Assembly: GCF_009914755.1 (NCBI RefSeq)
Contig: NC_060947.1
DNA: 64,000 nt
Direction: 5' to 3' (one strand)
DNA from: the human T2T-CHM13v2.0 reference genome, Homo sapiens
Under the pieces are notes generated by a model. The model ran no database searches. It was not told the origin of the DNA and was given only the letters and a program-made list of their open reading frames with translations. Both the position numbers and the translations under genes were made by a program. Numbering within the stretch: the stretch's first letter is position 1; each line of letters begins with the position of its first letter. This document shows, one piece after another, positions 28,401 through 41,981 of the stretch.

Positions 28401-29524
28401 TTATTGGTGTGTTGATGTTTTGGGTTTCTTCCTGGTTCAATCTTGGTAGGTTGTATGTATCTAGGGATTTGTCCATTTCTTCTAGATTTTCCAATTTATC
28501 CAAAAAACGTTTGAATCTTCTATATTGGTCTGAATTTTAAAAGAAATATCCTGCTGAGCTTTTGTCTAAATAAGAATTAATATGTTAGTATTTCTAAAAT
28601 GTTCCACTTTGTGCTTTTCTTGGTATGGATTCAAGTTTATAGTGGTAAACACATATAAATAAAGGCTGCTGCCTCCTACTCTCCTTTATAGAGCCATTGT
28701 GAATGGTTAATAAGGGTGATTAACCCTTAAAGACACACACAATGCCCCAGCATTTTAAAAATAACTTGTATTTTAGATTTATCTCTGGTCTTTGTGGGAG
28801 AACCCTATGACTCTCTCATGAAATACATTTTGGGAGTGACCATTTACTTGCACTAGTGAGAATTAGAGACCATACTTTGTTTTGTGGACCTTTTCAGCTG
28901 TAGTCAAAGTAAAATGACTGCAGTGTCTTGAGTAGAACTGAAAATTGAAAGTACCTGCATCAGTGGTATTGATCCTGGAGGACTTCATTCCTCATACTTC
29001 CCTAAAATATTTGTCCTCTGTTTCTGAATGACAGTCAGGGATACCCCCTGAAAAATGCTGCCCATTGAGCATGGGATATCATCTTGATGAATTATTTCAA
29101 AACTCTATCAAAGTGTTTTCCAAATATCTAGTGATCTAATGAGGCCATTCAGGTCCTGATTTTCATCCAGGCCTTGTTTTTAGATATTAGCTGGGAAAAG
29201 TACAGAGTGAAGACTGACTGTCTGCATTGGCACAGTCAGAGGGATCTTGTGGCTCAGCAGTTATTGGCTACCTAACTGGAAATCAAACCAATATAGCACT
29301 TTATCAAGTATATGTAGTAGTAACCACAAATAAGTCAACATTTTATTAAGAGGAAAGGGGTTGGGGAAACAATTGGCTCAATTTGCCTTACTGAGATATA
29401 GAAAGCCTGTCATAGAGGACCTCTTCTAAAATATCAAGGATTCAAAGCCATCACTTCAAAGCTTAAAAGATTTAAGGGAAAAGATAAAAATCCTATGACT
29501 TCCCATTGGAATAATTCCTGGCTG

Positions 29525-29525
29525 G

Positions 29526-29564
<39 letters not shown>

Positions 29565-29615
29565 TTCTTCCCTCCTTCCCTCCTTCCTCCCTCCCTCTCT
29601 TCTTCCTTTCCTTCC
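29525..29615. repeat. (GCCT)10 followed by CT-rich low complexity
   Basis: Read directly. Confidence 0.95.
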
Positions 29616-29699
29616 TATTTATATCAGATATAGAAATTTTCCTTGCAGGTTCTATCTTCATTGATTTCTGTACACTTTTCCCATAGTATGACACCATCA

Positions 29700-29920
29700 T
29701 CATGATTAACATCATTGGATACTTATTATGTCCTAGACACTGTTCTAAGTAATTTGCACATATTGACTGACTTATTCTTAGAAACCTAAGGAAGGTACTA
29801 TTCTTGTGGAGGCACAGAGACACAATGTGCCCAAAGCTTCCCAGCTAGTAAATGGTGTAGCCAAGATTCAAAGATAAGGAATCTGGTTTCAGACTCTGTG
29901 ATGATAACTACTGTGCTATT
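29700..29920 (-). mobile_element. MIR SINE
   Basis: acttattatgtcctagacactgttctaag...gaggcacagaga...cagctagtaaatggtgtagccaagattcaaa. Confidence 0.8.
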
Positions 29921-31119
29921 AACTACCAACCTCAAAAGTACACATGAAAAGATGATGCAAATAAGCCGTTATTGTTAGGCCAAGGTTCGTTTCTATTTTT
30001 GCTTTGTTTTTTAGTAGTGCACTGAACAATCAACAGTCTCTCAGATGGCATTTAGCTGTCCCAGTTTACACATTTGCAGGGTGGCTGGCCAGTGCTTAAG
30101 GTGTGACTTGGAACTGATGTGGCTGGATGTCAAATCAGTGACCTTGGCAGATATTTGGATGGAGAATATTTGCTTGTCAGGTGTACCCTGTTTGCTTTTC
30201 CTCCACAGGGTTCATGTAGAAGTTTCCATAGTGTAAGACACATTCTCCACTTTTTTCCTGAAAACCTAGTACATTTCAGGAAATTAGAACCAGTGAGTTT
30301 CTGGGGGCCATCCATCAGGTGCAATATCAGGTGCTGATTTGTCACTGACTGGCAGGCTCTTTCCCAATTCAAAGCATGAGAGGACTCCAAACTTCTTTTT
30401 GTGGTTGGAGTGCCCCTGGAAGTTGATTCATGTTCTCATTGCAATTTATTTTACATTGCATCTTGGCATAATGACTTTGACTAAAAGGGATATTTTCTGA
30501 TGTCTCTGCTTTAATTTAGAAATAACCAAACTGATTTTTCCAACATATCTCCAAAACTGAAGACACATGTGCCTAGGAAAACAGGGGTTTCTAATGAAAA
30601 TGCTGACACAATCTCATGAATGCTGAGGTTTTTAACAGTCTGCCATTCAGTAAACTAGTATTTTTGTGTCCTATGAAAATACCAAACATCTGCTTGCAAT
30701 GAGCGTACTTAACACCTTTTGGGTTTCTTTTTAGCTAAGCTGAATGCACTTGGGAATGAGTGAAACTTCAGATAACACCGGCAAAAAGTTTGAAATAAGG
30801 AATTTTTATTTGAAAACCATTTTGTAAGCATAATGGTACCCATAGTACAAATTACAAACACCATTCAAAACAACATGGTAGCAAGATGTTTTCAAATGGT
30901 GCAAAGTCCCTGCTCACAGGTGTGAACGCCAGCAATGGGCCTGTCAGCTAAGGCTGGTTAGTAGAATAAGTGGCAAGAAGGTAAAATATAATTGAAACTA
31001 AGAGGCAAAACTTTATATTCCAGGGTTCAAAATAAAGGACAGGAATCAGAAGCTAAAGTGAATGTCAAAGCCTAGGTAGACACAGTGGGACAGTTGGCAA
31101 AAGAAAACTTAAAGTATGT

Positions 31120-31420
31120 ATTTTTTAATTTTAAAATTCTTTATTTTTAATTGACATAAAATTGTATTTTACATGTCAATTAAACAATTTTATATGTCAA
31201 TTAAAAGTAACACGTACAACATGATGTTTTGAAATAGGTATACATCATGGAATGTCTCAATTTAGCTAATTAATACATGCATCACCTCACATATTATTTT
31301 TTGTGGTGAGAACACTTAAAATCCACTCAGTGATTTTCAAGATACAATATATTGTTATAAAGTATACATACCTGGTTGTACAATATATCTCTTGAATGCT
31401 TTCCTCCTATCTAATTGAGA
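31120..31420 (-). mobile_element. L1MA8-like 3' end
   Basis: gtacaacatgatgttttgaaata...gtggtgagaacacttaaaatc...tctcttgaa; possible TSD aaag(t/c)atgt (31111, 31421). Confidence 0.85.
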
Positions 31421-31697
31421 AAAGCATGTGTGATTATTAGAGTTGCCTAACTAGTCTTCCTGCCTCAACCCTTTCCCCCACCCTAATTATTTTCTACATT
31501 GCTACCAGAATCTTTCCTGAAGAACATATCAAATGATGCCTCTCCCCTATAGTAATCACCTGGAAACATTCAGTGATTCCCTATAGTATACTGAAAAAGG
31601 TTTAAACTTCTTTAAGGGTTTTCATGATTGGGACCCAAACTATTCTTTCAGCCTTCTCAAACACTGTTTATATCCCTGGACATCTGATACTTATGCT

Positions 31698-31894
31698 CAG
31701 TGGTTCTAAATTGGGACTGGTGGCATTTGGAATTCCGTTGAGGTGTTTTGGGTTGCCAAAACAGGTGAAGAATAATATGGGTATTTAGTGATCTGGAGCA
31801 AGGGATGTCAAGCATCTTGTGTTGAGCAAAACAGACCCTTACCATTTTAGACTTGCCCGATCAAAATGACAATAGCACTCTTGTTGAGAAGCTG
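31698..31894 (+). mobile_element. MER20/MER20B-like hAT MITE
   Basis: cagtggttct...caagggatg...caaaatgacaatagcactcttgttgagaa. Confidence 0.7.
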
Positions 31895-32094
31895 CAAGTT
31901 TCTAGCTAAACTGGATTGTTTTCAGATCTTCAGAGATAGTGCATGCTTTCCTAGTAATGTACCTTTGCTTCTGCTCTTCCTTCTCCTTGCTATGCTTGCC
32001 TCTTTATTCATTGTTACCTGTTGCATTCCCATCGATCCTCAGGGTCTAGCTTTCCCGAGGAATTCATTCTTCTTTCCTACCAGAGTTGCTGAGC

Positions 32095-32303
32095 ATACTG
32101 TGGTATAGTAGAAAAAGTAGTAACATGAGAATCAAGACACCCAAATCTTTGCCCTGGTACTGCCACTCACCAATTGTGTGACATTGGCAAGTGGTTTTTC
32201 TTCTCTGAGCCTTAGTTTATTCATCCATAAAATGAGCAGGTTAAAAAAATTAGGGGATTGAACTAGATATTCCCTAACATTCCTTCCAGGACTAGTTTTC
32301 TAT
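32095..32303 (+). mobile_element. MIR3-like SINE
   Basis: tgtgtgacattggcaagt...ctctgagccttagtttattcatccataaaatgag...gaactagat...ccttccag. Confidence 0.8.
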
Positions 32304-33609
32304 GGGCCCCTTATCACCTATCTCATTTTATTTTAATCACAGTCTAGGATGTCTTTAGATCTCTCAACATAGCGTCTTGTACATTGTGTACCTCAAATAG
32401 TTGACCTGATTGGTTCAGAGGGCTTTATATTCCTTGCCTTTTGTTGAAGATGACACTGGCCATTGATGTTGTAACATTGTTGTGCTCAATCCAGTAAATA
32501 TATATGTATGGGCTAAAAGAATGGCAGGGACCAGTTTTCTAAGGTCACTTAATAAGACAAGGAAGAGCCATGTTGGGTAATTAATTTGTTGGGAAATTAC
32601 TAACATTACCTAACCTCTACAGAAAAGATCATACACATTTAATGAATGTAAAAGAATATAGTAAATTTTAGGTTTTTGTTACATGTAGAAAAGTCTTCTC
32701 TGACAAAGTAGCAGTAATTATGAAATATATATCATGTAGGTTTATATTCCTGTGGCCTGCAACAGGCTATTTGTCTTAAAATTAGAAGTTTTGTAGGCTT
32801 CAAACGTGTTCAACTGGCACTTGCCTTGATATAATAGTTCCCTTAGAGATTGGTTGGAATCACATTTATGTTGTCCAGTTGTGTATTCACAACTGTGAGT
32901 CTGCATTATGATGTATGGGCACAATGCTCAGTACCTAGTTTGCATAATCTTTCCCAGATGCGGGGTTTTTCTTAAGCCTTCTTAAAGGGCTGTCACTAAA
33001 CCTAAGCATCATGGCTTGGTTTCTATTTGAATCTGAGAACTGCCTCAGCTGTTAACTTGGTGAAGCCAATCATGTTTTCAGCTGGTATTTCTCTAGTGTT
33101 ACCACTTTCACAGAAAGGTTTGGACACATGCTGTGTCATTAATGCCCAGTTTTTTCCTTTCTTTTTAGTAAGTCACATAAATGTATTACCTGATTGTCAT
33201 GACATCTAGGATTTTTTTTTGTCCTAGGCCTATCTACCTTGAAGCAAAAAAGGTGAATTAGGCTTTGATCACCTCCTCCTCCAGCCTAGGTTTAATTAGT
33301 GACCTTTGAATTCACGGGGCCCCTGTTTTCTCCATTGCTGCCTGCTCCCAGAATAATCTTAGCCCTTTTTTCCACATTCCAAGCCATGTTTTAGAAAGTT
33401 AATAATAGCACAACAAACATTTCCATAGCATGGTATGATTCTGTGTACAGGTTGCTACATATTATATTCAGTGAATGATAAGTGCTAAGTAAGAATAACT
33501 CAAAAGAATGAGAGATGTAAGTCATCCTATGTTCTAGTTTGCAACATAAATCCCCAGGAAGCTTGATGTAATGTTCATCACCACCACCACAACCACCACC
33601 CCCATCATC

Positions 33610-33855
33610 ATCATAGCAACTACAATTTATTAAGTATTTGCTCTTTGTCAGGCAACATCTATAATATAATTTAAATATCAAGGCAACTATATTAGTTAGA
33701 TTCTATTATGATCTCCATTTTATGGATACGGAAACTGAGATTTAGAGAACTTAACTAATTTGTCTAAAGTAATACAACTAGTAAGTGTCAGAGCCATGAT
33801 TTAAAGCGAGAGTCTGACTCCAAAACCTGTGCCTTAACTATTATGCTGGACTGCA
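33610..33855 (-). mobile_element. MIR SINE, near full length
   Basis: ctccattttatggatacggaaactgagatttagaga...gtctgactccaaaacc. Confidence 0.85.
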
Positions 33856-33898
33856 TTCTGTTATAGAGAGGAATTCGTTGAAGAGACTCACTTATTTT

Positions 33899-34076
33899 TT
33901 AACTTTTATGTTAAGTTCAGGTGTATATGTGCAGGTTTGTTGCATAGGTAAACTTGTGTCATGGGGGTTTCTTGTACAGATTATTTCATCACCCAAGTAT
34001 GAAGCCTAGTACCCATTAGTTATTTTTCCTGATCTTCTCCTTCCTCCCACCTTCCACCTTCCAATAGGCCCCAGTG
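33899..34076 (-). mobile_element. L1PA13-like 3' end
   Basis: aagttcaggtgtatatgtgcaggtttgttgcataggtaaacttgtgtcatggggg; 16-bp TSD gaga(c/t)tcacttatttt (33883-33898, 34077-34092). Confidence 0.92.
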
Positions 34077-36061
34077 GAGATTCACTTATTTTGATGACCA
34101 TCCAAGGGAGTGAATACTTCTAAAATGCCCAGATAACTCATTCAAAGATGGTCTATTTCCCATAAATTCCAAGGAAAATGTTCTGAAAAGGATCATGTGT
34201 ATTTTGAGCTTCTTTTTAAAACCTAGGGAGAAAATACAATATCCCCATGATCCCTGCTTCTTTCTACTCTGTCTTTAGGTTTTTTCATATCAAAAATGCT
34301 GCAACCTGAAGGAACTCTGGGCTGTCGGATCTCCTAAATTTAACTTTTAAACCTAAGTTGTAATCAGCATAGCTTTACTCCCACATACCTTCTATTTTAC
34401 CAGCCATATCTCCCCTCCAGCAGAGTATCAGCACCAGGGATGTTGGGCAGAAGCCCAGTAGGGGGTGGCCCCAGTGTTATTTATTGTTTTATAGGCTGCA
34501 GAATAAAGTATATGTGATAATTGATTTACTCTTCGTCAGCCTTTGAGGCTGATAACTCAATTAGCCTGTCAGATACTGACTGTGTATCTTTTTCAAAAAA
34601 ATCCTCAAAGGTGATTTTGTATTTTGTATTAGATAAGGTGTGAGAGGTATTTTTTGCTTATATTGTATTAAAAGTTCTTATTTTCTCTGACGATCAGCAG
34701 CAGAACAAGCAGTGTTACCATAATAGTTGGGTTTTTTTCTTCTTTTTAATCTGTGTGCTTCAAGAGAGAATGATGATATTTTGAAGCAGGCACATAAGGA
34801 AATAAAAATTTAACAATCTCAGGTGAAATAATTTTGATTTCCAGTCCCCAGCTGAGAGAGAGAGAATATGTATTCAGCTGATTGGCAGGGCTGCTTGTGC
34901 TCAGTAGCACAAATTGCTGGATTAGAGAAAGGGCCAGAAGGGTGGTGAGGGAAAGTCTGGTCCATGGCTGAGTTATGATTTTAAGACAGTAGATTTTGAT
35001 TGGGCATAATGATCAGAAAAAAACTTTTGAGTGCACAAACCTCTGCATACATATTATGTACATAATAAAACACAAAAATGTTATGGACACTAAATATTTT
35101 CTTTCTATACTCTATGGATGTCCTTTTATAACCACAGGGTACATATATCCCCATTTTGAAGACTACTGACCTAGGAGTTATACTTTGTGTGACCCTAGAA
35201 GAGTCTATTAGATGGTCTGGACCTCAGTTTCCCATATATAATATAAGAGGGATGGGCTAAAATACAGTTTCAAGTTTCATTTTATGCACGGGTATTCCTA
35301 TGGACTTTAGCCTTTCTTTCAGGATGAGGTTTTAACTGCTGTTTTGGAGGCATTATGAGCCAGATTATTACTGAAGAATAAGGATAATATTAATTGTTGC
35401 AATTAGTAGCCCTCCTATTGCATTTGTACATTCACATTTATATGCATGATTATTTCAATGTGGCAAAAATACAATTTACTAAGTTAAGGCAGTATCACAA
35501 TTTGTTTTCCCTATGTGCTTTACGTATTTCCACCCTATCTTTTAACAAGTGATGTTTTGTTAAACCACTCAGATATATTCATTGATACAGTGGTTTTAAC
35601 AATGGAAATTTATTTGGCTCAGACCTAAAGCCTTTATATAAAAGTTAGTACCAAAATTCAATAAATAAAGCTATCGGTTATTTGGTTGTTTATTGGATAG
35701 AGATCAATATTGCCTTGTTAAAGGTAATCTGAGTGTTAGACCAGTTTGTATGATCCATCTTTGCTACAATTTCCACATGTTTAAAGCACAGAGATGTATA
35801 ATTGTTAGTTTGTCTATAAAATCCTATGTATATATTAAATTGTCTAAAGTCATATAAAATCATACCCTCTAGACCATAGACAAATGGGAAATCTTCTGTG
35901 TATTTTGATATTTAAGCCAAGTTCATTCCACTTGTGTTATTGGGTAAGTTAATAGATCATTTCTTATTAGAGTTTTTGAGTTAGGGAGACTTAACCCTGC
36001 CTTTCACACATCCATTATGAAGACATTGTAAAAATACTTCAGGGTACCACAGGAAGTACAA

Positions 36062-36364
36062 TTTTTTCTTTTTCTTTTTTTTTGAGACAAGGTCTTGCTC
36101 TGTTGCCCAGGCTGGAGTTCAGTGGCACACACACAGCTCACTGCAGCCTCAACTTCCTGGGCTCCAGTGATCCTCCCACCTCAGCCTCCCAAGTAGCTGG
36201 GGCTACAGGTATGTGTCACCACACCTGGTTGACTTTTAAATTTTTGTAGAGACAGGGTCTCACTGTGTTGCCCAGGCTAATCTTGAACTCTTGGGCTCAA
36301 GTAGTCCTTCTGCCTCAGCTTCCCAAAGTGCTGGGATTACAGGCATGAGTCACCACACCTGGCT
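36062..36364 (-). mobile_element. AluJ-type SINE
   Basis: Reverse dimeric Alu (cactgcagcctcaacttcctgggctc); TSD aagtacaa (36054-36061, 36366-36373). Confidence 0.95.
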
Positions 36365-36564
36365 AAAGTACAACTTTTTAGTCTTTGAAAAGTAAAACAT
36401 ATTTGGATCTATGAAATCAAGAAAACAACTTAATGTGTGTACCTCTCCCCTTCTATATCTATATAATAATATTGTTATAGTGTAGTTCCATTCAGTTATT
36501 TTAGTTTGGAATCATGCTTTTTATTGAAATTGTTGGTAATTTTATTTGTATGTATTAACTGAAC

Positions 36565-37062
36565 ATTGATTATTTTGCTACCCAGAATCTATTCACCTTT
36601 CTTTTTGAAACCACACTTTTATTTCCTTTGTAGATCACCCCTCCCCACACCCAGCCCACGTGCTTACCATAGGCATATGAGGTAGGCCTAAGCCAATTAG
36701 AGCCTTACATTTCCATAGGCTTCAATGATTAATTTAAGGGTGGGCACATTACCCAGTTAGAGCAAAAGAGATACAATGAAACTTCAGTGGACACACCTGG
36801 GAAAGAAGTTCGTGCTGTTGTCAATAAACTTGGAGTTATGTAAATATAACTTCTGGAGTTGCTACAGCCATCATGTGACCATGAAAGACAAATCTGAAAT
36901 GGATGAGAGCAGAGGTTAAATTGAAAGAATGAGGGATGAGATCTTTAGCCATCCAATCAGACCTATTTAACTGGAATTTTTCATTATGTGATCCAATAAC
37001 TTATCGTTTTGCTTAAGCCACTTAAGGGTTCTGTTTTCTGTCACTTGGAACTGGAAGAATCC
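36565..37062 (+). mobile_element. MLT1K/L-like MaLR solo LTR
   Basis: gcctaagccaattagagc...agggtgggcacattacccag...ttgcttaagccactt...ttttctgtcacttggaac. Confidence 0.75.
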
Positions 37063-37756
37063 ATTTGATCATCCCTGTGCAATCTTAGGGGAAGGCATGG
37101 GCTTTGTATAACTACCCGTAGTGCCAAATCTTTCAACATGGAAGGAGAGAAAGAGACAGAGTGAACAAACATATTCAGGCGCTTTGGCCTGAATTAACGG
37201 AATGGGTAGAAGTGAGGCATATTTTTTCTCTTTAAATGGTAGTTTATTTCACGTTTGTTTAGTGATGCATTATGCCACGCTCTGTGCCAGACACGACATT
37301 CAGAGGTGAATGATAATTCAACTCTGAAGTTCACAATGAAGTGGGAGATTATTCCAATACAAGGAACACTTTCCAGGGTAACGGGAACATATCCAAGAGA
37401 CATCTAACTAGGATATGAGACTTGAACTCTGCTCTATTGTGTCAATAGTAGGCAGCGAAGTGGAGAAGGCCATTGCAGGCAAAGGAAATAACATGAGATA
37501 TATTCTTTAAGAGTCCCTGAGTTTTGAGTGCCTTATGTAGCTACTGGCAATTGTAGTAGGGATTTATAGTGGAAGAAAGTTTTGTGCATGACTAAGTAGT
37601 AGTACTTGGGTCACTGAGACAGCAATTAAAGGGCTGATACTCCTATTTATAAATGATACCAGTGCCTAGATCTATGTCTGAATGATAGAATGTGGATTTA
37701 GCTTCTCCCTAGAATCCAAACCATATTATCTGAATGCATGTTTGTGCCTCCTGCAG

Positions 37757-37928
37757 AGTGCCAGTGCAGCACAAATGATATACCAGAGACGTGATCTCTA
37801 TCCTCAAGGAGGGCAAAATCTGAAATGCGCCACTTTGATAGGAAGCAGAAGAGTGGTGGGATCGAGGCTGCAAAATTTACATATTCATTGATATGTGACT
37901 GGGTATTTACTTCATTTGCAAATAATAG
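37757..37928 (+). other. Candidate 172-nt exon (unverified)
   Basis: Acceptor tttgtgcctcctgcag, donor AG|GTAAGT; unique sequence with retained CpGs; no through-frame ORF. Confidence 0.2.
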
Positions 37929-39549
37929 GTAAGTGCATTGTGCAGAATAGAAGGCACATGAAATTATGTAATTTGAATGGGAAATGGGGAAAATATCTGT
38001 AAATTACTAAGATGTGTGGTGTAGTAATCAGCTTTCTCTTCTGACAAAATATGGCACATCAACCCTCTCATTTATTATGCTCTATTACGTTCTTTTACCA
38101 GTCACGCTACAAGTTTCACACACTCCCACCATGAAACTGCCAGTCTTCCTACTCCATCACTGCATTGCTAGTGAAATGACTTTTAATGTGCACCGAGTGT
38201 CAGCAGTCTTCTAGGTGCCCTGGAGGAAGAAGACCTCTGCCTGGGCATTCATTCTAAATTAAGCATAAAAGTTAGTGCTCAATTGTGAAGATGTGCAAAT
38301 TATAATTTCAAAATACCTTACCATCTTAAAGCTACGTTCCAACAGCTGGGTATTAATACTACCCAGATACTTGTTTACTTCAGTTATCTTACAAGCTGTC
38401 TACAATCAGGGTGGATGGTGTTTTAGAATAGAAAAAGAGCTTATAGCTGTAGATGATCAAATAATCAGTGGCCATTAAAACACACAGGGGAGTTGCGTTT
38501 TGGAATTTTAAAATGTTTGAATCAAAGGGAACATAAAAATAGTAATAGGGAAATACAGTCTGTTATGGTTCGCAGACTATAGATGTGCCTACATTTTGAA
38601 AAATCGGCCATTTAAAATCCAAATTTAATAAAACAAATGGGGTGATTAGTTGCATTTCTGAAGGGTTTTGTTGAGGGAGATTTGTTAAAATATGTATTGC
38701 ATCTGCTGCTTTTAAATGTTGGCTTTAATAGATTATGAACTCTCTGGTGAGATGAATAGCAAGGAAACAAAGGTCAAGTATTTAATGTCAATTGAAAAAT
38801 GAAGATGAACCATCTCTGCAATTATAATGTGTTAATGGGGAAAAAATTCAATTTACAATTAGCAAAGCACTGCATTCGAAGAAGCACTTGTGTTTTGAAG
38901 GCCATACAAGGGAATCCTGGCATGTGTAATAGCAAAAACATAACATGTTTAAACAGCTCATATAGTTAGTTAAGCCACGTTTTCCAAGACATGCCATAAG
39001 TAAAAGGGTTTATGAAAAAAAAAAGAGAGGGAGAGGGTAAGTGGGGTGGGAAGGCAAGAAGTGGGGAGAGATAATGCTTAGAAAATAATTTGGTTGATCA
39101 CAGTAATGGGTATATGAGGGAGGATTGGGATCCTGAGAGAAGAGGTATTCTACCATTTGTCTGGCTGTCATGTGGACTTGGGAGCAAGAGTCATTCCCAG
39201 TGGAGTCCATTGATGTCCCTTTCCCTTGACAACTTACTAATTTATTTATTCTTACATATACATATTCCCTTATTCATTTGATGGACACATTTTGTGAGCA
39301 ATTATGATATATAGGAACATAATAACTGGGGAACAAAGAATGTTGGGGGTAGGCAAAATATCAGGGCACAAATTTGGAGGATCCTTGCAGTAGTGCATAG
39401 AAGGAGCAATTGCATCTTCACTATTTACAGAGATATAGCTAAGCTTGGGCCACATTACTGAAGTCTTGAAGACATCCAATTGTACTTGCGCATCATGAAA
39501 GTCTCATTAGGGAAAAAATGCCTTTGGATGCTAAGCTGGAAAATGAAGA

Positions 39550-39750
39550 CAATGTTGCTCTCTTGGCTTTGACACTAAGTTAGATGTTTGACCTTGGACC
39601 AACACTTAAGCTTTCTGTGCCTCAGTCTCCTTGTCTAAAAAAGAGGATAATTCTGTAATGCTGCTTGCCATGGCCTCACATGGATGAACTCAGGATTAAT
39701 TAGATTAAAGAAGTGATCAGTGAAGCACATGAAAGCTCCTCAGAGGTACT
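39550..39750 (+). mobile_element. MIR SINE
   Basis: tgaccttggaccaacacttaagctttctgtgcctcagtctccttgtctaaaa. Confidence 0.7.
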
Positions 39751-39854
39751 AAGTGAGCAGGACGAATAACAATTGGAATGTTAGCTATAGAGCTGTAATT
39801 GGAGTTTGTTTTAAATAGGTCACTTCCTGAAAACCAGGGCAAATGGTACTTAAA

Positions 39855-40190
39855 AAAATAAACTTTGTTTTACAATAGTTTTAGATTTATAGAACGATTA
39901 AGATAGTACAGAGTTCCCATATACCCTACACCCACTTTTTCCTGTTGTTAATATCTTACATAATATGGTATATTTGTAGAATATATTAATGAACCAATAT
40001 TTATGCATTATCATTGAGCAAATTCTGCATATCATTTAGATTTCCTTAGTTTTTACCTAACGCTCTTTTTCTGTTCCAGGATTACATCCAGGATAATACA
40101 TTTCATTTAACCATCGTGTCTATGTAGGATCCTCTTGCTGTGCTGACTTCTCAGACTTTTCTTATTTTTTTATGACCTTGACATTTTAAA
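39855..40190 (-). mobile_element. L1MC1/2-like 3' end
   Basis: gatagtacagagttcccatatacc...tttttctgttccaggat...tgaccttgaca. Confidence 0.85.
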
Positions 40191-40697
40191 GATTATGGTA
40201 AAATACACATAACATAAAATGTACCATCTTAACTGTTTTTAAGGATACAGTTCATTGGCAGTAAGTACATTCACACTGTTGTACAACCATCACCGCCATC
40301 CATCTCCAGAACTCTTTTAATCTTGCTAAACTGAAACTCTATATCCACTAAGCAATAAGTCACTATCCACCCTCCCCCTACCCACTGGTAGCTACCATTC
40401 TACTGTTTCTATAAATATGACTACTCTAGGTACGTCATATAAGTGGGATCATACAATATTTATCCTTTTGTGACTAACTTATTTCACTTAACACCATCAA
40501 GGTTTATCAATATTGTACCAGGTGTCCAAATTTCTTCCTTTTTAAAGCTAAGTAATATTTCGTTGCATTTATATACCACATTTTGTTCATTCATTCATCT
40601 GTGGATGAACACTTGGGTTGCTTCCACTCCTTGGTTATTGTGAACAGTACTGCTATGAATATGGGTGTACAAATATCTCTTTGAGACTCTGCTTTCA

Positions 40698-40748
<51 letters not shown>

Positions 40749-41415
40749 TTGAGACAGAGTCTCCCTCTGTCACCCAGGCTGGAATGCAGTAGTGTAATCT
40801 CACCTCACTGCAACCTCGGCCTCCCCGGTTCAAGCAATTCTTGTGCCTCAGCCTCCTGAGTAGCTGGGATTACAGGCTCCCGCCACCATGCCCAGCTAAT
40901 TTTTTTTTTGTATTTTTAGTAGAGACGGCGTTTCACCATGTTGGCCAGGCTGGCCTCAAACTCGTGGCCTCAAGTGATCCGTGTACCTTGGCCTCCCAAC
41001 TTACTGGTCTGCTTTCAATTCTTTTGGAGCTATACCAAGAAGTGGAGTTGCTGCATCATATGGTAATTCTACTTTTAATATTTTGAGAAACCACCATACT
41101 ATTTTCTATAGCAGCTGTACCATTTTACATTCTTACCAACAATGCACAAGGTTGTACATATTGTTGCCAACACTTGTTTTTTTTTTATTTTTGATAGTAA
41201 CTATCCTAATGGGTATGAGGTATTATATCACTAGCATTTCCCTAATGATTAGTAATATTAAGCATCTTTTCATGTGCATTTTGGCCATTTGTATATCTTC
41301 TTTGGAGATATGTTTATTTAAGTTGTTTGCCCATTTTATAATCAAGTTGTTTGATTTTTGTTGTTGAGTTAGATGAGTTCTTTACACATTCTAGGTGTTA
41401 GCCCCTCGGAGATCT
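40191..41415 (-). mobile_element. L1MB3-like 3' portion, interrupted by an Alu
   Basis: ggtaaaatacacataacataaaatgtaccatcttaac...ccatctccagaactc...aaactgaaactcta; continues after 41020. Confidence 0.9.
40701..41007 (-). mobile_element. AluS, 5'-truncated, with (ATT)n tail
   Basis: Reverse Alu ending at ggcctcccaa; 13-bp TSD tctgctttcaatt (40688-40700, 41008-41020); (ATT)n 40698-40748. Confidence 0.95.
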
Positions 41416-41423
41416 TTAATTCA

Positions 41424-41821
<398 letters not shown>

Positions 41822-41903
41822 TATTATTATTTATATATATAAAATTTGAGATATATAGATTATTATTTGAGATATATATATAATTTTTACCAGCCAATTA
41901 AAA

Positions 41904-41981
41904 TGGATTTTTACTTACTAAGCAGGTAGACTGGGGCTACCTTGGATTTTTACTTACTAAGCAGGTAGACTGGGGCTACCT
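41904..41981. repeat. Perfect 39-bp tandem duplication
   Basis: tggatttttacttactaagcaggtagactggggctacct x2. Confidence 0.98.

Larger units (their letters stand above)
31430..32410 (+). mobile_element. Degraded L2 interrupted by MER20-like and MIR3-like elements
   Basis: cctaactagtcttcctgcctc...cattgctaccagaatctttc...ttcatgattggg; L2-like text resumes near 31900 and 32310. Confidence 0.6.

Noticed and set aside
27049-28498. Reverse transcriptase as a functional or novel system
   Set aside because: Ordinary L1 ORF2 remnant, broken by stops, 5'-truncated and split by THE1
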